DNA of 64,000 nucleotides from an uncultured Verrucomicrobiales bacterium. Lineage in GTDB: Bacteria; Verrucomicrobiota; Verrucomicrobiia; Verrucomicrobiales; Akkermansiaceae. Under the pieces are notes generated by a model. That model was not told the DNA's origin. It saw only the letters and a list, made by a program, of their open reading frames with translations, and made no database searches. Where the stretch lies: NCBI GenBank assembly GCA_937893015.1, contig CALBJX010000062.1, positions 733 to 64,732 on the forward strand, written 5' to 3'. This document shows positions 10,821-20,240 of this stretch, piece after piece. Position 1 is the stretch's first letter, and each line of letters starts with the position of its first letter. Both the position numbers and the translations under genes were made by a program.

Positions 10821-10876
10821 CGTGTGCAGAAAATCCATGGGACCCGGCGCGGGATGGATACAGTCGAATTTGCCCG

Positions 10877-10905
10877 TTGAAATGCAGAATCCCCTGTGCT
10901 ATGAT
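10877..10905 (+). promoter_or_regulatory. Sigma70-like promoter, 7 nt before the UDG start codon (leaderless geometry)
   Basis: TTGAAA-17-TATGAT with upstream TG. Confidence 0.65.
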
Positions 10906-10912
10906 ACGCTGT

Positions 10913-11767
10913 ATGCCCACTCTGAAAGAGCTGACTGTGGAAACCCTGTCGCACCTTGCGGCATCGGGTACGGAACGCTTGCCTGTGGATGATGAGGCCC
11001 GCGGCATCCTGCGCGAGTGGATGCTTGCCGCCCGCGCCGGGAAGAAAGCGGGGCCGGGACCCGGCGGCGCTTCCTCTGCCGTTGCTTCCCCGACTGTCGT
11101 TCCTGCCGCGCCCCCGGTTGCCCCCGAACGGCAGAGCGGGGAGATGGACGTGGAAGAAAAATTGGCCTACCTCCGCAAGCGCGCGGAGAATTGGAAACCC
11201 GCCCGCGCCCTCGGCTCCCTGCGCGAGACGATGGTTTTCGCCGTGGGAAATCCGCGAGCTCGCCTCATGCTGGTGGGGGAGGCTCCGGGCTTTGATGAGG
11301 AACGTCTCCGTGAGCCTTTCGTGGGCAAGGCGGGGCAGCTGCTCAACAAGATTCTGACGGCTATGGGCATGAAGCGCGAGGAGGTGTACATCTCCAACGT
11401 GTGCAAATGGCGCCCCTCTATGGGGGAGAATCAAGGCACGGCCAATCGCGCCCCCTCGCCCGAGGAGATCGCCGCCTGTCTGCCCCTCATCATGGCGGAG
11501 ATCCGCGCCGTGCGCCCCGCCTGCATCATCTGCCTCGGGGCTTCCTCTGCCAAGGGCCTCCTGCAGCGTGAACTCAGCGTCGGCTCCGCCCGCGGACAGT
11601 GGCTGGATTGCCAAGGCGTGCCCGTTCGCGTGACCTACCACCCGAGCTATCTGCTCCGCAATGAAAACCTTTCCGCCCGCCGCGCCGTGTGGGAGGACAT
11701 GCTCGCCGCCATGGAGCTGCTGGGCATGCCAATCACCGAGAAACAGCGCGGGTATTTCCGCTCATGA
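10913..11767 (+). CDS. Uracil-DNA glycosylase family 4
   Basis: LMLVGEAPG.DE...EPFVGKAGQLL, YISNVCKWRP, NRAP..EEI.AC and TYHPSYLLR motifs. Confidence 0.9.
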   Translation: MPTLKELTVETLSHLAASGTERLPVDDEARGILREWMLAARAGKKAGPGPGGASSAVASPTVVPAAPPVAPERQSGEMDVEEKLAYLRKRAENWKPARALGSLRETMVFAVGNPRARLMLVGEAPGFDEERLREPFVGKAGQLLNKILTAMGMKREEVYISNVCKWRPSMGENQGTANRAPSPEEIAACLPLIMAEIRAVRPACIICLGASSAKGLLQRELSVGSARGQWLDCQGVPVRVTYHPSYLLRNENLSARRAVWEDMLAAMELLGMPITEKQRGYFRS

Positions 11768-12390
11768 AACGCTGCCTGCTCATCCTTGCGGCAGCTGCAT
11801 TTCTGCCCGCCTGCCACCACAACGCCGCCCTCATTCGCCAAGCGAAGGAGGGAGACCCCCTCGCGCAATATGAGTACGGCCGCCGTCTGCTGACAGGGCA
11901 GAAAGGCGTGAGACATAACCCTGAACGCGCCGTGGCGTGGCTTCGCGCGGCAGCCTCGGACGGCTACGCCCCCGCACAGTCCGTGCTGGCCCTTTGCTAT
12001 GAGCGCGGCATCGGTGTGGCGGCGAATGCCGGTGAGGCTAAGCGGCTTTATACCCTTGCGGCAGCACAGGGACATGCCCCTGCCTGCCAAGCCCTCATTG
12101 CTCAGGAACTGCACACGGGCAACACCGCAGGGGCGACGGGGTGGCTCCGCTCCATGGCCGAGGGCGGCAACCCTGCTGCCCAGATGCTTTATGGCAAATC
12201 CTGCCTCAGCGGAGCGTTCGGCAAAGCACGCATGAAGGATGGCGTTCGCTTCATCCGCTACGCCGCCATGCAAGGCAACGAGGAAGCCTGCCTCCTCATG
12301 GCCGATTGCTACGAAAAGGGGGAAGGCGTGCCGAAGGATGCAGCCATGGCCGAAGGTTGGAGGAAGAATGCGGAAGAATTGAAGATTTAG
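11764..12390 (+). CDS. Sel1-repeat lipoprotein
   Basis: Lipobox-like FLPAC after a hydrophobic leader; Sel1 motifs AQYEYG, LALCYERGIGV and CYEKGEGVPKD; ATGA overlap with the upstream gene. Confidence 0.8.
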   Translation: MKRCLLILAAAAFLPACHHNAALIRQAKEGDPLAQYEYGRRLLTGQKGVRHNPERAVAWLRAAASDGYAPAQSVLALCYERGIGVAANAGEAKRLYTLAAAQGHAPACQALIAQELHTGNTAGATGWLRSMAEGGNPAAQMLYGKSCLSGAFGKARMKDGVRFIRYAAMQGNEEACLLMADCYEKGEGVPKDAAMAEGWRKNAEELKI

Positions 12391-12428
12391 GATGTAAGAA
12401 ATGAGAGTTGCCCCGTCGCAAGGAGGAG

Positions 12429-12464
12429 AGAAAATGGTCTGACATCTGCGTCAGACCATTTTCT
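12429..12464. repeat. GGTCTGAC palindromic element, probable bidirectional terminator (copy 1)
   Basis: AGAAAATGGTCTGAC-atctgc-GTCAGACCATTTTCT between convergent genes. Confidence 0.75.
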
Positions 12465-12508
12465 TTGCCCGCGCACGGAGCGAGCTAAGCTCTACAATTC
12501 GCAATCCC

Positions 12509-13876
12509 TTACCCCAGTTTCTCCTGCCAGTAGGCGAGGCGGCGGGCGGTGTTGTCCGGGTTGGGCGCACCGGGATTGGTGCGGAGCTCCATGGCGCGGT
12601 CGAGGGAGAAGACGCTGTGCACGTCCTCTGCGTATTCGGGCGTAATCTCTTGGAACTGGGCCAGCGTGAGCATGTTGAGCGGCGTGCCGCTGCCGACTGC
12701 CACAGCCACGGCCTTGCCCACCAGCTCATGCGCCTTGCGGAAGGGTACGCCGCGGCGCACGAGGTAATCCGCGAGGTCGGTCGCGAGGAGCAGGGGGTCT
12801 GATACGGCATCCGCGCAGCGCTGCTTGTTCATCTTCATGGCGGCCAGCATCTCCGCATTCACGCGCAGGGCGAGGGAGACGGTCTCAAAGGAATCGAAGA
12901 GGGGCTCCTTGTCCTCCTGCAAGTCTCGGTTGTAGGTCAGCGGCAGGCCCTTGACAGCCACCATGACGCTCACCAGATTGCCGTACAGGCGGCCGCTCTT
13001 GCCGCGCGTCAGCTCGCAGACATCGGGGTTCTTCTTCTGCGGCATGAGGCTGGAGCCTGTGGTGTGCGCGTCGGAGAGCGTGGCGAAGCCGAACTCCGCG
13101 CTGCTCCACAGCACAAGGTCTTCGCTCAGGCGGGAGAGGTGCGTGCCGATGAGGGCGAGGCAGAAGAGGCATTCCATCACATAGTCGCGGTCGGCGATGG
13201 CATCCATGGAGTTCTCCGTCACGCCGTCGAAGCCGAGCTCAGCGGCGATGCCCGCGCGGTCGAGATTGATGGTGGAGCCCGCAATGGCACCGCTGCCCAG
13301 CGGGCAGATGTTGAGGCGGCGGCGGCAGTCGTGAAGGCGGTCCGCATCGCGTGCCAGCATCTCCACATAGGCCAGCAGATGGTGGCCCACCGTCACGGGT
13401 TGGGCGCGTTGCAGGTGCGTGTAGCCGGGGATGCGCAGCTCCGCATACTCTGCCGCCTTCATCACCAGCGCACGCTGCAGGTCATGCACCAGTTCGAGGG
13501 TCGTGTCAATCTGTGCTCGGCAGTAGAGGTGTGTGTCGGTGGCCACTTGGTCGTTGCGGGAGCGGGCGGTGTGCAGCTTGGCACCGGGTGCGCCGATGCG
13601 GCGCGTCAGTTCGCTCTCGATGTTCATGTGCACATCTTCGAGCTTCTCGCTCCATGTGAAATGGCCGGCGTCGATGTCCGCCTCGATGCTGCGCAGACCG
13701 CTCTCGATGGCGTTGAACTCCTCCTCCGTCAGCATGCCCGCCTTCAGCTGGGCACGGGCATGCGCAATGCTGCCCGCGATGTCGTGCTTGTAGAGTTTCC
13801 AATCGTAGGAGACGGATTCACCATATCGGAGCACGAGCTCCGCCGTGGGTTGAGAAAAACGACCTGACCACATCAT
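12509..13876 (-). CDS. argH: Argininosuccinate lyase
   Basis: EDVHMNIE, LHTARSRNDQ, PGYTHLQRAQP, GSSLMPQKKNPD and YNRDLQEDKE motifs. Confidence 0.97.
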   Translation of the reverse strand: MMWSGRFSQPTAELVLRYGESVSYDWKLYKHDIAGSIAHARAQLKAGMLTEEEFNAIESGLRSIEADIDAGHFTWSEKLEDVHMNIESELTRRIGAPGAKLHTARSRNDQVATDTHLYCRAQIDTTLELVHDLQRALVMKAAEYAELRIPGYTHLQRAQPVTVGHHLLAYVEMLARDADRLHDCRRRLNICPLGSGAIAGSTINLDRAGIAAELGFDGVTENSMDAIADRDYVMECLFCLALIGTHLSRLSEDLVLWSSAEFGFATLSDAHTTGSSLMPQKKNPDVCELTRGKSGRLYGNLVSVMVAVKGLPLTYNRDLQEDKEPLFDSFETVSLALRVNAEMLAAMKMNKQRCADAVSDPLLLATDLADYLVRRGVPFRKAHELVGKAVAVAVGSGTPLNMLTLAQFQEITPEYAEDVHSVFSLDRAMELRTNPGAPNPDNTARRLAYWQEKLG

Positions 13877-13885
13877 AACGCGGGC

Positions 13886-13914
13886 ATTCTACCGCAAGAA
13901 GCCGCTCCGTGCAA
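13886..13914 (-). promoter_or_regulatory. Sigma70-like promoter of argH, 9 nt before ATG
   Basis: Minus strand TTGCAC-17-TAGAAT. Confidence 0.65.
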
Positions 13915-13972
13915 GCGGTTTTCTCTCTTTTCCTGATTGACTTTCGCGGATAAATAGCGCATGATGGGGAGC

Positions 13973-14638
13973 ATGAAACACGCCTCTCTTCTTCTCGCCG
14001 CCGCCTGTCTGTTGACTCCGCTGCCTCTCGTCGCTCAGGATGAGTTGGATGACATCGTTGCGGAAAATGAAGCCGCTCCCGCCAAGCCTAAGGCAAAGGC
14101 GGCCAAGGGCGGTGCCCAAACACCCGCCCAGAAAAAGGCTGCGGCCAAACTCCGCAAGGCGGAGCTCGCCAAGAAGCAGTTTGAGAAGAGCGAGAAGGCT
14201 CGCGCTAAGGTGAAAATCAAGTGGGAAAGCTCCGATAAAAAAGCCTTCAAGGAGGCGGCCAAGTACAACCTGCCCGTGTGGGTGCTTTACACGGATCCCT
14301 CCACCTGCCCCTACTGCGTGAGACTGGACAACGAAATCATTTTCTCTAAGGAGTTCAAGAAGGCGACGGGGGCTTTCATCGGCTACCGCTCCTCCTCCCC
14401 GCTGCCGCAGTACGGCTGCAGCGGCGGCAAACCCATGGGTGCCCTTTTCACGCCTGATAAGAAGAACCTCGGCACGCTGGCCTACACCCCCAATCAGGGC
14501 CCTGCCGGCTATCTGGATATCATCCGCAGGGCGGGCGACGGTATTCTGAAGACGGCCAAGGACAAGATTGAGTCCGACATTCAGGAGGCTCAGGCCGAGG
14601 TGGAAGCGGCTGAGGAACCCGCAGCAGAAGAGGAATAA
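13973..14638 (+). CDS. Exported thioredoxin-fold protein (CPYC) with Lys/Ala-rich N-region
   Basis: Signal peptide MKHASLLLAAACLL...; W...A..EA.KYNLPVWVLYT...CPYC..LDNEII.SKEF. Confidence 0.7.
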   Translation: MKHASLLLAAACLLTPLPLVAQDELDDIVAENEAAPAKPKAKAAKGGAQTPAQKKAAAKLRKAELAKKQFEKSEKARAKVKIKWESSDKKAFKEAAKYNLPVWVLYTDPSTCPYCVRLDNEIIFSKEFKKATGAFIGYRSSSPLPQYGCSGGKPMGALFTPDKKNLGTLAYTPNQGPAGYLDIIRRAGDGILKTAKDKIESDIQEAQAEVEAAEEPAAEEE

Positions 14639-14649
14639 AGCCCGCCTCC

Positions 14650-15153
14650 ATGCCGAGCCCTTGGCAGATTCGCGCCGCGCGGGAGGCCGACCTCCCCGCG
14701 CTGCTGGCCATCTACAACCACGCCGTGGAAACGAGCGTGGTCACCTTCGACTTGGAGCCCCGCACGGCAGCGGCGGGGCATGCATGGCTGGCGGCCCACA
14801 CGGGGCGGCACCCGCTCTTGGTGGCAGAGCTCGCGGACGGCACTGTGGCGGGCTATGCGAGCCTGTCGCCCTACCGCCCCATGCCCGCGTATGACTCCAC
14901 GGCAGAGCTTTCCCTCTACATCCACCCCGTCTATCAGCGGCGGGGGCTGGGGCGTGCGCTGGCGGAGCACCTTCTCGCTGTTGCGCGGGCGGATGCTCGG
15001 CTGCATCTCATCGTCTCCGTTATCACCGCTTCTCACGCTGTGAGCATTGCGCTGCACGAAAAGCTCGGCTTCCGCTGCTGCGGTACCTTGCACGAAGCGG
15101 GCCTGAAGTTCGGGAGCTACCACGATGTCGTGCATTACGAACTGCGGGTGTGA
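14650..15153 (+). CDS. GNAT N-acetyltransferase, phosphinothricin/methionine-sulfoximine acetyltransferase (YncA/MnaT)-like
   Basis: IYNHAVETSVVTFD, ELSLYIHP.YQRRGLG and SIALHEKLGF...G.KFG motifs. Confidence 0.85.
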   Translation: MPSPWQIRAAREADLPALLAIYNHAVETSVVTFDLEPRTAAAGHAWLAAHTGRHPLLVAELADGTVAGYASLSPYRPMPAYDSTAELSLYIHPVYQRRGLGRALAEHLLAVARADARLHLIVSVITASHAVSIALHEKLGFRCCGTLHEAGLKFGSYHDVVHYELRV

Positions 15154-15156
15154 GGT

Positions 15157-15208
15157 CGACAAATCGCGGATTTGTCGGGATGTACGATGTACATCGTACT
15201 TCGTACAT
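15157..15208. repeat. Hairpin followed by palindromic 7-bp (NNNGTAC) array
   Basis: CGACAAATC-gcg-GATTTGTCG (15157-15177), then the perfect 18-bp palindrome GTACGATGTACATCGTAC (15182-15199) within GTACGAT GTACATC GTACTTC GTACAT. Confidence 0.75.
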
Positions 15209-15364
15209 TCAGTTCGACAAACTGCTCATTTGTCAATCTTGTCACCATGCGAGTTTTTCCTTGCCAAACGGGGGGTGGCAGAGTATCATCTCACGCGTGC
15301 GCCGCATGGACTGTGCCCTGCGGACGTGCCATCACGAACATTTAACCACCACATTTTCCCTGCC

Positions 15365-16534
15365 ATGGAACTGATTTCTGATTGTGTTGCCGCCCTTCAG
15401 CCCTCCCTCACGTTGGCCGTGACGAACAAAGCCAAGGAGATGAAGGCCCGCGGTGAGCAGGTGTTCGGTCTTGCCGGCGGTGAGCCTGACAAGGACACCC
15501 CCGATAACATCAAGCAGGCCGCCATTAAGGCTCTGACCGAAGGCCAGACCAAGTACACCCCCTCCGTCGGTCTGCCCGCTCTGCGTCAGGCCATCTGCGA
15601 CAAACTCAAGCGCGACAACAATCTCGACTACAACATCAACCAGATTTGCGTGACCAGCGGTGCCAAGCCCGCCGAGTACGAGGCCCTGCGCGCCTGCATC
15701 AACCCCGGCGACGAGGTCATCATCCCCGCCCCCTACTGGGTGAGCTACCCCTCCATGGTGGAGCTCTGCGGCGGCGTGCCCGTCATCGTGCCCACCACGC
15801 CTGAGAGCGGCTGGAAGATTACGCCTGAGCAGTTTGAGGACGCCATGACGCCCCGCACCAAGATGATTATCATCACCTCCCCCCACAACCCCACCGGCAC
15901 CGTCTACACGGAGGCCGAGCTGCGTGCGCTGGGCGAGGTCGCCGTGGCGGAGGACATCCTCATCATGTCCGATGAGATCTACGAATACCTCAGCTACGAT
16001 GAGTCCATGCCCCACGTCTCCATGGCCTCTCTGAGCAAGGAGATTTACGACCTGACCATCACCATCAACGGCTTCTCCAAGGGCTACGCCATGACCGGTT
16101 GGCGCCTCGGCTACTCCGCTGCCCCCGAGCACATCGCGAAGTACATCAAGCTCATTCAGGACCACACCGCCTCCAACACCACGACCTTCGCGCAGTACGG
16201 CGCCATCGAGGCTCTCACGGGCGACCAGTCCTTCATCACCGATCTGAAGGAGGAGTACGACTTCCGCCGCCAGTATGTCTACCAGCGCCTCTGCGCTATG
16301 CCCAAGATTAAGGTGGTGGAACCCAAGGGTGCTTTCTACTTCTTCATCGACACCACGGAGCTGGGTATTCCCTCTCTGGAACTCTGCGACCAGCTGCTGG
16401 AGCGCTACAAGGTGGCTGCCGTTCCCGGCATTGCCTTCGGCTACGACAACGGCATCCGCATCTCCTACTGCACCTCTCTGGACGTGCTCAAGGAAGGCCT
16501 TGACCGCCTCGAGGACTTCTGCAAGAAGCACTGA
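15365..16534 (+). CDS. PLP-dependent class I aminotransferase (aspartate aminotransferase-like)
   Basis: GEPD, TKYTPSVG...LRQAI, PAPYWVSY, SPHNPTG, SDEIY and NGFSKGYAMTGWRLGY motifs. Confidence 0.9.
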   Translation: MELISDCVAALQPSLTLAVTNKAKEMKARGEQVFGLAGGEPDKDTPDNIKQAAIKALTEGQTKYTPSVGLPALRQAICDKLKRDNNLDYNINQICVTSGAKPAEYEALRACINPGDEVIIPAPYWVSYPSMVELCGGVPVIVPTTPESGWKITPEQFEDAMTPRTKMIIITSPHNPTGTVYTEAELRALGEVAVAEDILIMSDEIYEYLSYDESMPHVSMASLSKEIYDLTITINGFSKGYAMTGWRLGYSAAPEHIAKYIKLIQDHTASNTTTFAQYGAIEALTGDQSFITDLKEEYDFRRQYVYQRLCAMPKIKVVEPKGAFYFFIDTTELGIPSLELCDQLLERYKVAAVPGIAFGYDNGIRISYCTSLDVLKEGLDRLEDFCKKH

Positions 16535-16583
16535 GGAAATGCATCAATCAGGAAGTAAGCGCACCTGATGGTGCGAAGTCCTG

Positions 16584-16625
16584 AAAAAAACTCGGTCTGA
16601 CGCTTGCGCCGGACCGAGTTTTTTT
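16584..16625. terminator. Bidirectional terminator built on the GGTCTGAC element (copy 2)
   Basis: A7-CTCGGTCTGACGC-tt-GCGCCGGACCGAG-T7. Confidence 0.8.
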
Positions 16626-16705
16626 ATTCCGCAGCATCCTTGTTTGGGGGTATCCGTAGGCGAAGACGGGAGCCGCTTAACTTTCAGATAAATCCCCCCC
16701 CCTCC

Positions 16706-16957
16706 TTAATCGCTGCCGTGGAGGCAAAGGGTGATGAGAACGCACAGGAGCGGCGAGAGAATGACAAGCGTGAGCCCGGTGTTGAAAAAAATCCCGCCGC
16801 CGAAAGCCGTAAACGCAGGCAGGAACAAAGGAAAGCATCAATAGGAATTCCCCGATGATAAAGGGGAAAGAAAAAAAATGTCCTGAATGCTCCCCGGAAG
16901 ATTGACCTGAATCAGCAGTAAGGCGTAGATACAGGCAGAGATGATGAGCGCTATCAT
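16706..16957 (-). pseudogene. Small 3-TM membrane protein gene interrupted at two homopolymer runs (not in the ORF track)
   Basis: ATG 16957 and TAA 16706 are in frame with an internal TGA. The hydrophobic N- and C-segments lie in one frame and the middle helix in another, with boundaries at the T8 (16871-16878) and T7 (16785-16791) runs. Confidence 0.5.
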
Positions 16958-16972
16958 GGTGTGGGGCGGCAA

Positions 16973-17824
16973 TCAGCCGCGCGGGTAGCTGCTCGCGGGC
17001 TTCCGGATTTCGGCGCGTCGGCCGCGGGTGTTCAGGTGGTTCACGATGCCGCGACCGATGGCTTCCGCATAGCGGACGGCGTTGGCGTGTTTGCCGAGGA
17101 AGGCGGCGTGCTCGGGGTTGGAGAGGAAGGCGGATTCCGTGATGACGGCGGGCACGTAGCTCTCGTTGCAGGCGTTGAGCCAGTCGCCGCCGCCGCGCCG
17201 GCCGTTGTCGCGGATGATGATGCCGCAGGTCTCACCGTGGTTGGGCATGCCGTGGTCAAAGATGCTCGCGTTCATTTCGGCGGCGAGGGCTTCCGCCAGC
17301 GAGGTGCCGACGCTGTTGCAATACATGGCTCCCTTGGTGTAGACCTGCCAGTCGTCCGTGCGGCTGTTGTGGTGCAGGAAGACCACGCAGGCGGGCTTTT
17401 GGTCCAGCGCCCAGTTGACGGAGAGCATGCCGACGGCGATGCGGTGTGGGTGCTGCGTGCTGCGGTAGATGGCCCCGGGTTCGGGCGTCTTTACATGGTG
17501 GACACCGGCCTCCCGCGCCGCTTTGGCCAGCGCGGCATCGGCGGGCATATCCGCGCGGTTGCAGATGCGGACCTCGTAGCCCGCCTGCTCGATGACTCTC
17601 TTGGTGTAAATCGCGTAGCGGTACCAGAACTCGCATTCCTCGATGGCGCCGTAGCGGGCATCGGGTGTGCGGGCTCCCTGACCGCCGAGGCCGGGTTTGT
17701 ACCAGTGCCCGATGTCGAGCACGACGACGCGGCTGTCGCGCACCTGCGCCCGCATCTGCTGTTGCATGCAGGTGCAGAGCAGGGGCATCAGTAACAGGAG
17801 CAGAAGAAGGCGGAATGCAGACAT
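16973..17824 (-). CDS. N-acetylmuramoyl-L-alanine amidase (Amidase_3-like), exported or lipoprotein
   Basis: VVVLDIGH, downstream Glu, FLHHN and PAVITESAFLSN zinc-amidase motifs; hydrophobic leader with Cys. Confidence 0.8.
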   Translation of the reverse strand: MSAFRLLLLLLLMPLLCTCMQQQMRAQVRDSRVVVLDIGHWYKPGLGGQGARTPDARYGAIEECEFWYRYAIYTKRVIEQAGYEVRICNRADMPADAALAKAAREAGVHHVKTPEPGAIYRSTQHPHRIAVGMLSVNWALDQKPACVVFLHHNSRTDDWQVYTKGAMYCNSVGTSLAEALAAEMNASIFDHGMPNHGETCGIIIRDNGRRGGGDWLNACNESYVPAVITESAFLSNPEHAAFLGKHANAVRYAEAIGRGIVNHLNTRGRRAEIRKPASSYPRG

Positions 17825-17836
17825 GGAATCAGAAAA

Positions 17837-18862
17837 TTATTCGAGCGGCAGTTCTCCTTGGCCGCTGCGCCCGGTTTTCAGGCCGAGCTTGGCGTAGGCG
17901 GCGGGCATGGCCTCGCGCCCGCGCGGCGTGCGGCGGATGTAGCCCTGCATGATGAGGAAGGGCTCGTGGACGTCCTCGATGGTGGATTCGTCCTCGCCCA
18001 CGGCAACGGCGAGGGAGGAAAGCCCCACGGGACCGCCGTTGAACTTCACAATCATGGTTTCCAGCAGGCGCTTGTCCATCTCATCGAGACCATCGTCGTC
18101 GATGTCAATCATGTCCAGCGCAGCCTGTGCCACCTCGGCGGTGATGCGGCCGTCCGCCTTCACCTGCGCGAAGTCGCGCACCCAGCGGAGCAGGGAGTTC
18201 GCCACGCGGGGGGTGCCGCGGCTGCGGCGGGCGATGGCGAGCGCACCCTCGCGCACGATGTCGATGCCCAGAATGCCCGCTGAGCGGTGCAGGATTTGGC
18301 AGAGCTCGTCCGCGGAGTAGTAGTCGAGGCGGTTCACCAGCCCGAAGCGCGAGCGCAGAGGCCCCGTCAGCATGCCCGCGCGGGTGGTGGCCCCCACCAG
18401 CGTGAACTTCGGCAGATTGAGCTGGATGGAGCGGGCATTGGGGCCTTGGTCGATGATGATGTCGAGGCGGAAATCCTCCATCGCGGGGTACAGGTACTCC
18501 TCGATGGCGGGGTGCAGGCGGTGAATCTCGTCGATGAAGAGCACGTCGCCCTTTTCCACGTTGGTGAGGATGCCGGCCAAATCGCCCGCTTTCTCAATCT
18601 GCGGGCCGCTGGTGGTGTGCAGCTTGTGCCCCACGGCGTTGGCGATGATGTTGGCGAGCGTCGTCTTGCCGAGCCCGGGCGGGCCGCTGAGCAGCACATG
18701 GTCGAGCACGTCGCCGCGCATCTTCGCCGCCTGCACCATGAGCAGCAGGCGTTCTTTCACCTTCTCCTGCCCGCAGAACTCATTAAAGGCGGGCGGGCGC
18801 AACGAGACATCGAAGCTCGTTGTCGGGGCATCCGTCATGCGGGAATAGAGAGAATCACTCAT
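17837..18862 (-). CDS. ruvB: Holliday junction branch migration helicase RuvB
   Basis: [36 protein letters not shown] and RTPRGR motifs. Confidence 0.97.
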   Translation of the reverse strand: MSDSLYSRMTDAPTTSFDVSLRPPAFNEFCGQEKVKERLLLMVQAAKMRGDVLDHVLLSGPPGLGKTTLANIIANAVGHKLHTTSGPQIEKAGDLAGILTNVEKGDVLFIDEIHRLHPAIEEYLYPAMEDFRLDIIIDQGPNARSIQLNLPKFTLVGATTRAGMLTGPLRSRFGLVNRLDYYSADELCQILHRSAGILGIDIVREGALAIARRSRGTPRVANSLLRWVRDFAQVKADGRITAEVAQAALDMIDIDDDGLDEMDKRLLETMIVKFNGGPVGLSSLAVAVGEDESTIEDVHEPFLIMQGYIRRTPRGREAMPAAYAKLGLKTGRSGQGELPLE

Positions 18863-18863
18863 A

Positions 18864-18918
18864 AAGTCCGAAGTCCGAATTCAGAAGTCCGAAGGTATGT
18901 TGCGCCCTTCGGACTTCT
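18864..18918. repeat. 7-bp tandem array (AAGTCCG) with inverted copy forming a hairpin
   Basis: AAGTCCG AAGTCCG AATTCAG AAGTCCG AAGG; AGAAGTCCGAAGG (18883-18895) pairs with CCTTCGGACTTCT (18906-18918). Confidence 0.8.
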
Positions 18919-18942
18919 TGGGGCGGGCAGAGCCCGCGGGAA

Positions 18943-20079
18943 TTAGTACACGTCTTTCTGGTAACGCTTGGCGGCCTTCATGTCGGCGAGGTAGGCGACG
19001 GCCTCTTCCTCGGACTTGTTGCCGTACTTGGCGATGATGGCGAGCAGGGCGGCTTCCACGTCCTTGGCCATGCGGTTGGCATCGCCGCACATGTAGAAGG
19101 CGGCACCCTTCTCAAGCCACTGCCAGACTTCCTCACCGGCCTGCTCCATGAGGTGCTGGACGTAAATCTTGTATTCCTGATCGCGGCTCCACGCCACGGA
19201 GAGCTTCAGCTTGCCGCTGTTCACGAGGGCTTCGAGCTCGTCCTCGTAGCAGCCGTCGGTGGCCTTGTAGGGGTTGCCGAAGAAGAACCACATGCCGCCC
19301 GTGGCGTTGTCGTGCACGCGCTGCTGCATGAAGGCGCGGAAGGGGGCGATACCTGTGCCGGGGCCGACCATGATGATGGGCGTGGCACCGTCCTCGGGCA
19401 GGCGGAAGTTCTTGTTGCTGTGGACAAAGACCTTCACTTTGTCCCCGGCCTTCACGCGGTCGGCCATGAAGGTGGAGCACACGCCGTTGCGCTTGCGCGT
19501 CGTGCCCGTCTTGGGCGTGTAGCGCACGGCACCCACGCAGAGGGACACCTGGCCGGGCACCGCATCGGGGCTGCTGGCGATGGAGTACAGGCGGGCGTTC
19601 ATCTTGCCGAGGATGGCGGTGAAGGCGGCGGCATCGGCAAACTTGGCGGTCATCTCGGGGTCTTCCGCAAGGTCGAGCAGGTCGCGGCCCCAGCAGAAGT
19701 CCTTGAGGGCGTCCTTGTCAGCAAGGATGGCGGCGAGCTTCTCGCTGTTCGCCACGGCGTTCCACTTGGTGAGCACGCCCTTCTTGAGACCCGTGATATC
19801 GTAGGTGGTGATGAGCGCCTCGCGCAGGGTGGCGCTGCTGCCGTCGGGCAGGGTGACTGTCTCCGCGGGGTCGAGGGAGAGGGCGGCGATGAGCGCATCG
19901 ACCAGCGCGGGGTCGTTGTTCGGCAGCACGCCGAGGGCGTCACCCGTGGTGTAGGTCAGGCCGGAACCTTCCAGAGAGTAGTCGATGTGGATGGTCTCCT
20001 TGGCGCTGCCGGGCTTCGTGACGGGGCGGACTCCCAGCACGGTGGCGGGGAACGGGTTCTTCATGCTGTAAGGTTCCAT
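18943..20079 (-). CDS. CysJ/cytochrome-P450-reductase-like FAD/NADPH-binding flavoprotein lacking the flavodoxin domain
   Basis: RLYSIASS, GVCSTF, IMVGPGTGIAPFRAF, SRDQ..KIYVQH, CGDANRMAKDV and terminal RYQKDVY motifs; starts directly at the FAD domain (YSMKNPFPA). Confidence 0.85.
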   Translation of the reverse strand: MEPYSMKNPFPATVLGVRPVTKPGSAKETIHIDYSLEGSGLTYTTGDALGVLPNNDPALVDALIAALSLDPAETVTLPDGSSATLREALITTYDITGLKKGVLTKWNAVANSEKLAAILADKDALKDFCWGRDLLDLAEDPEMTAKFADAAAFTAILGKMNARLYSIASSPDAVPGQVSLCVGAVRYTPKTGTTRKRNGVCSTFMADRVKAGDKVKVFVHSNKNFRLPEDGATPIIMVGPGTGIAPFRAFMQQRVHDNATGGMWFFFGNPYKATDGCYEDELEALVNSGKLKLSVAWSRDQEYKIYVQHLMEQAGEEVWQWLEKGAAFYMCGDANRMAKDVEAALLAIIAKYGNKSEEEAVAYLADMKAAKRYQKDVY

Positions 20080-20240
20080 GGTGGTAAGAAAGGAAATTGT
20101 TACGTTCAGTCTGCGCCTTCGCGCACGGAATGTCAAGAAGAAAAGCCTTCAGTCAATGCGTATGCGCGTGCGCGTCCGGCGCGTCAGCTCGCATAGCTTT
20201 TCTCTTGCGGCGCGGTGTGGAATGTGCTAGAGTGGGCTCT

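Noticed and set aside
15290..15364. Possible riboswitch in the aminotransferase leader (CCGCA...TGCGG stem)
   Set aside because: Only a weak stem, with no recognisable aptamer consensus or expression platform.
16838..16840. In-frame TGA in the cryptic membrane ORF as selenocysteine or recoding
   Set aside because: There is no redox motif or SECIS-like context, all other genes use TGA as stop, and the double-homopolymer frameshift gives a more coherent protein.
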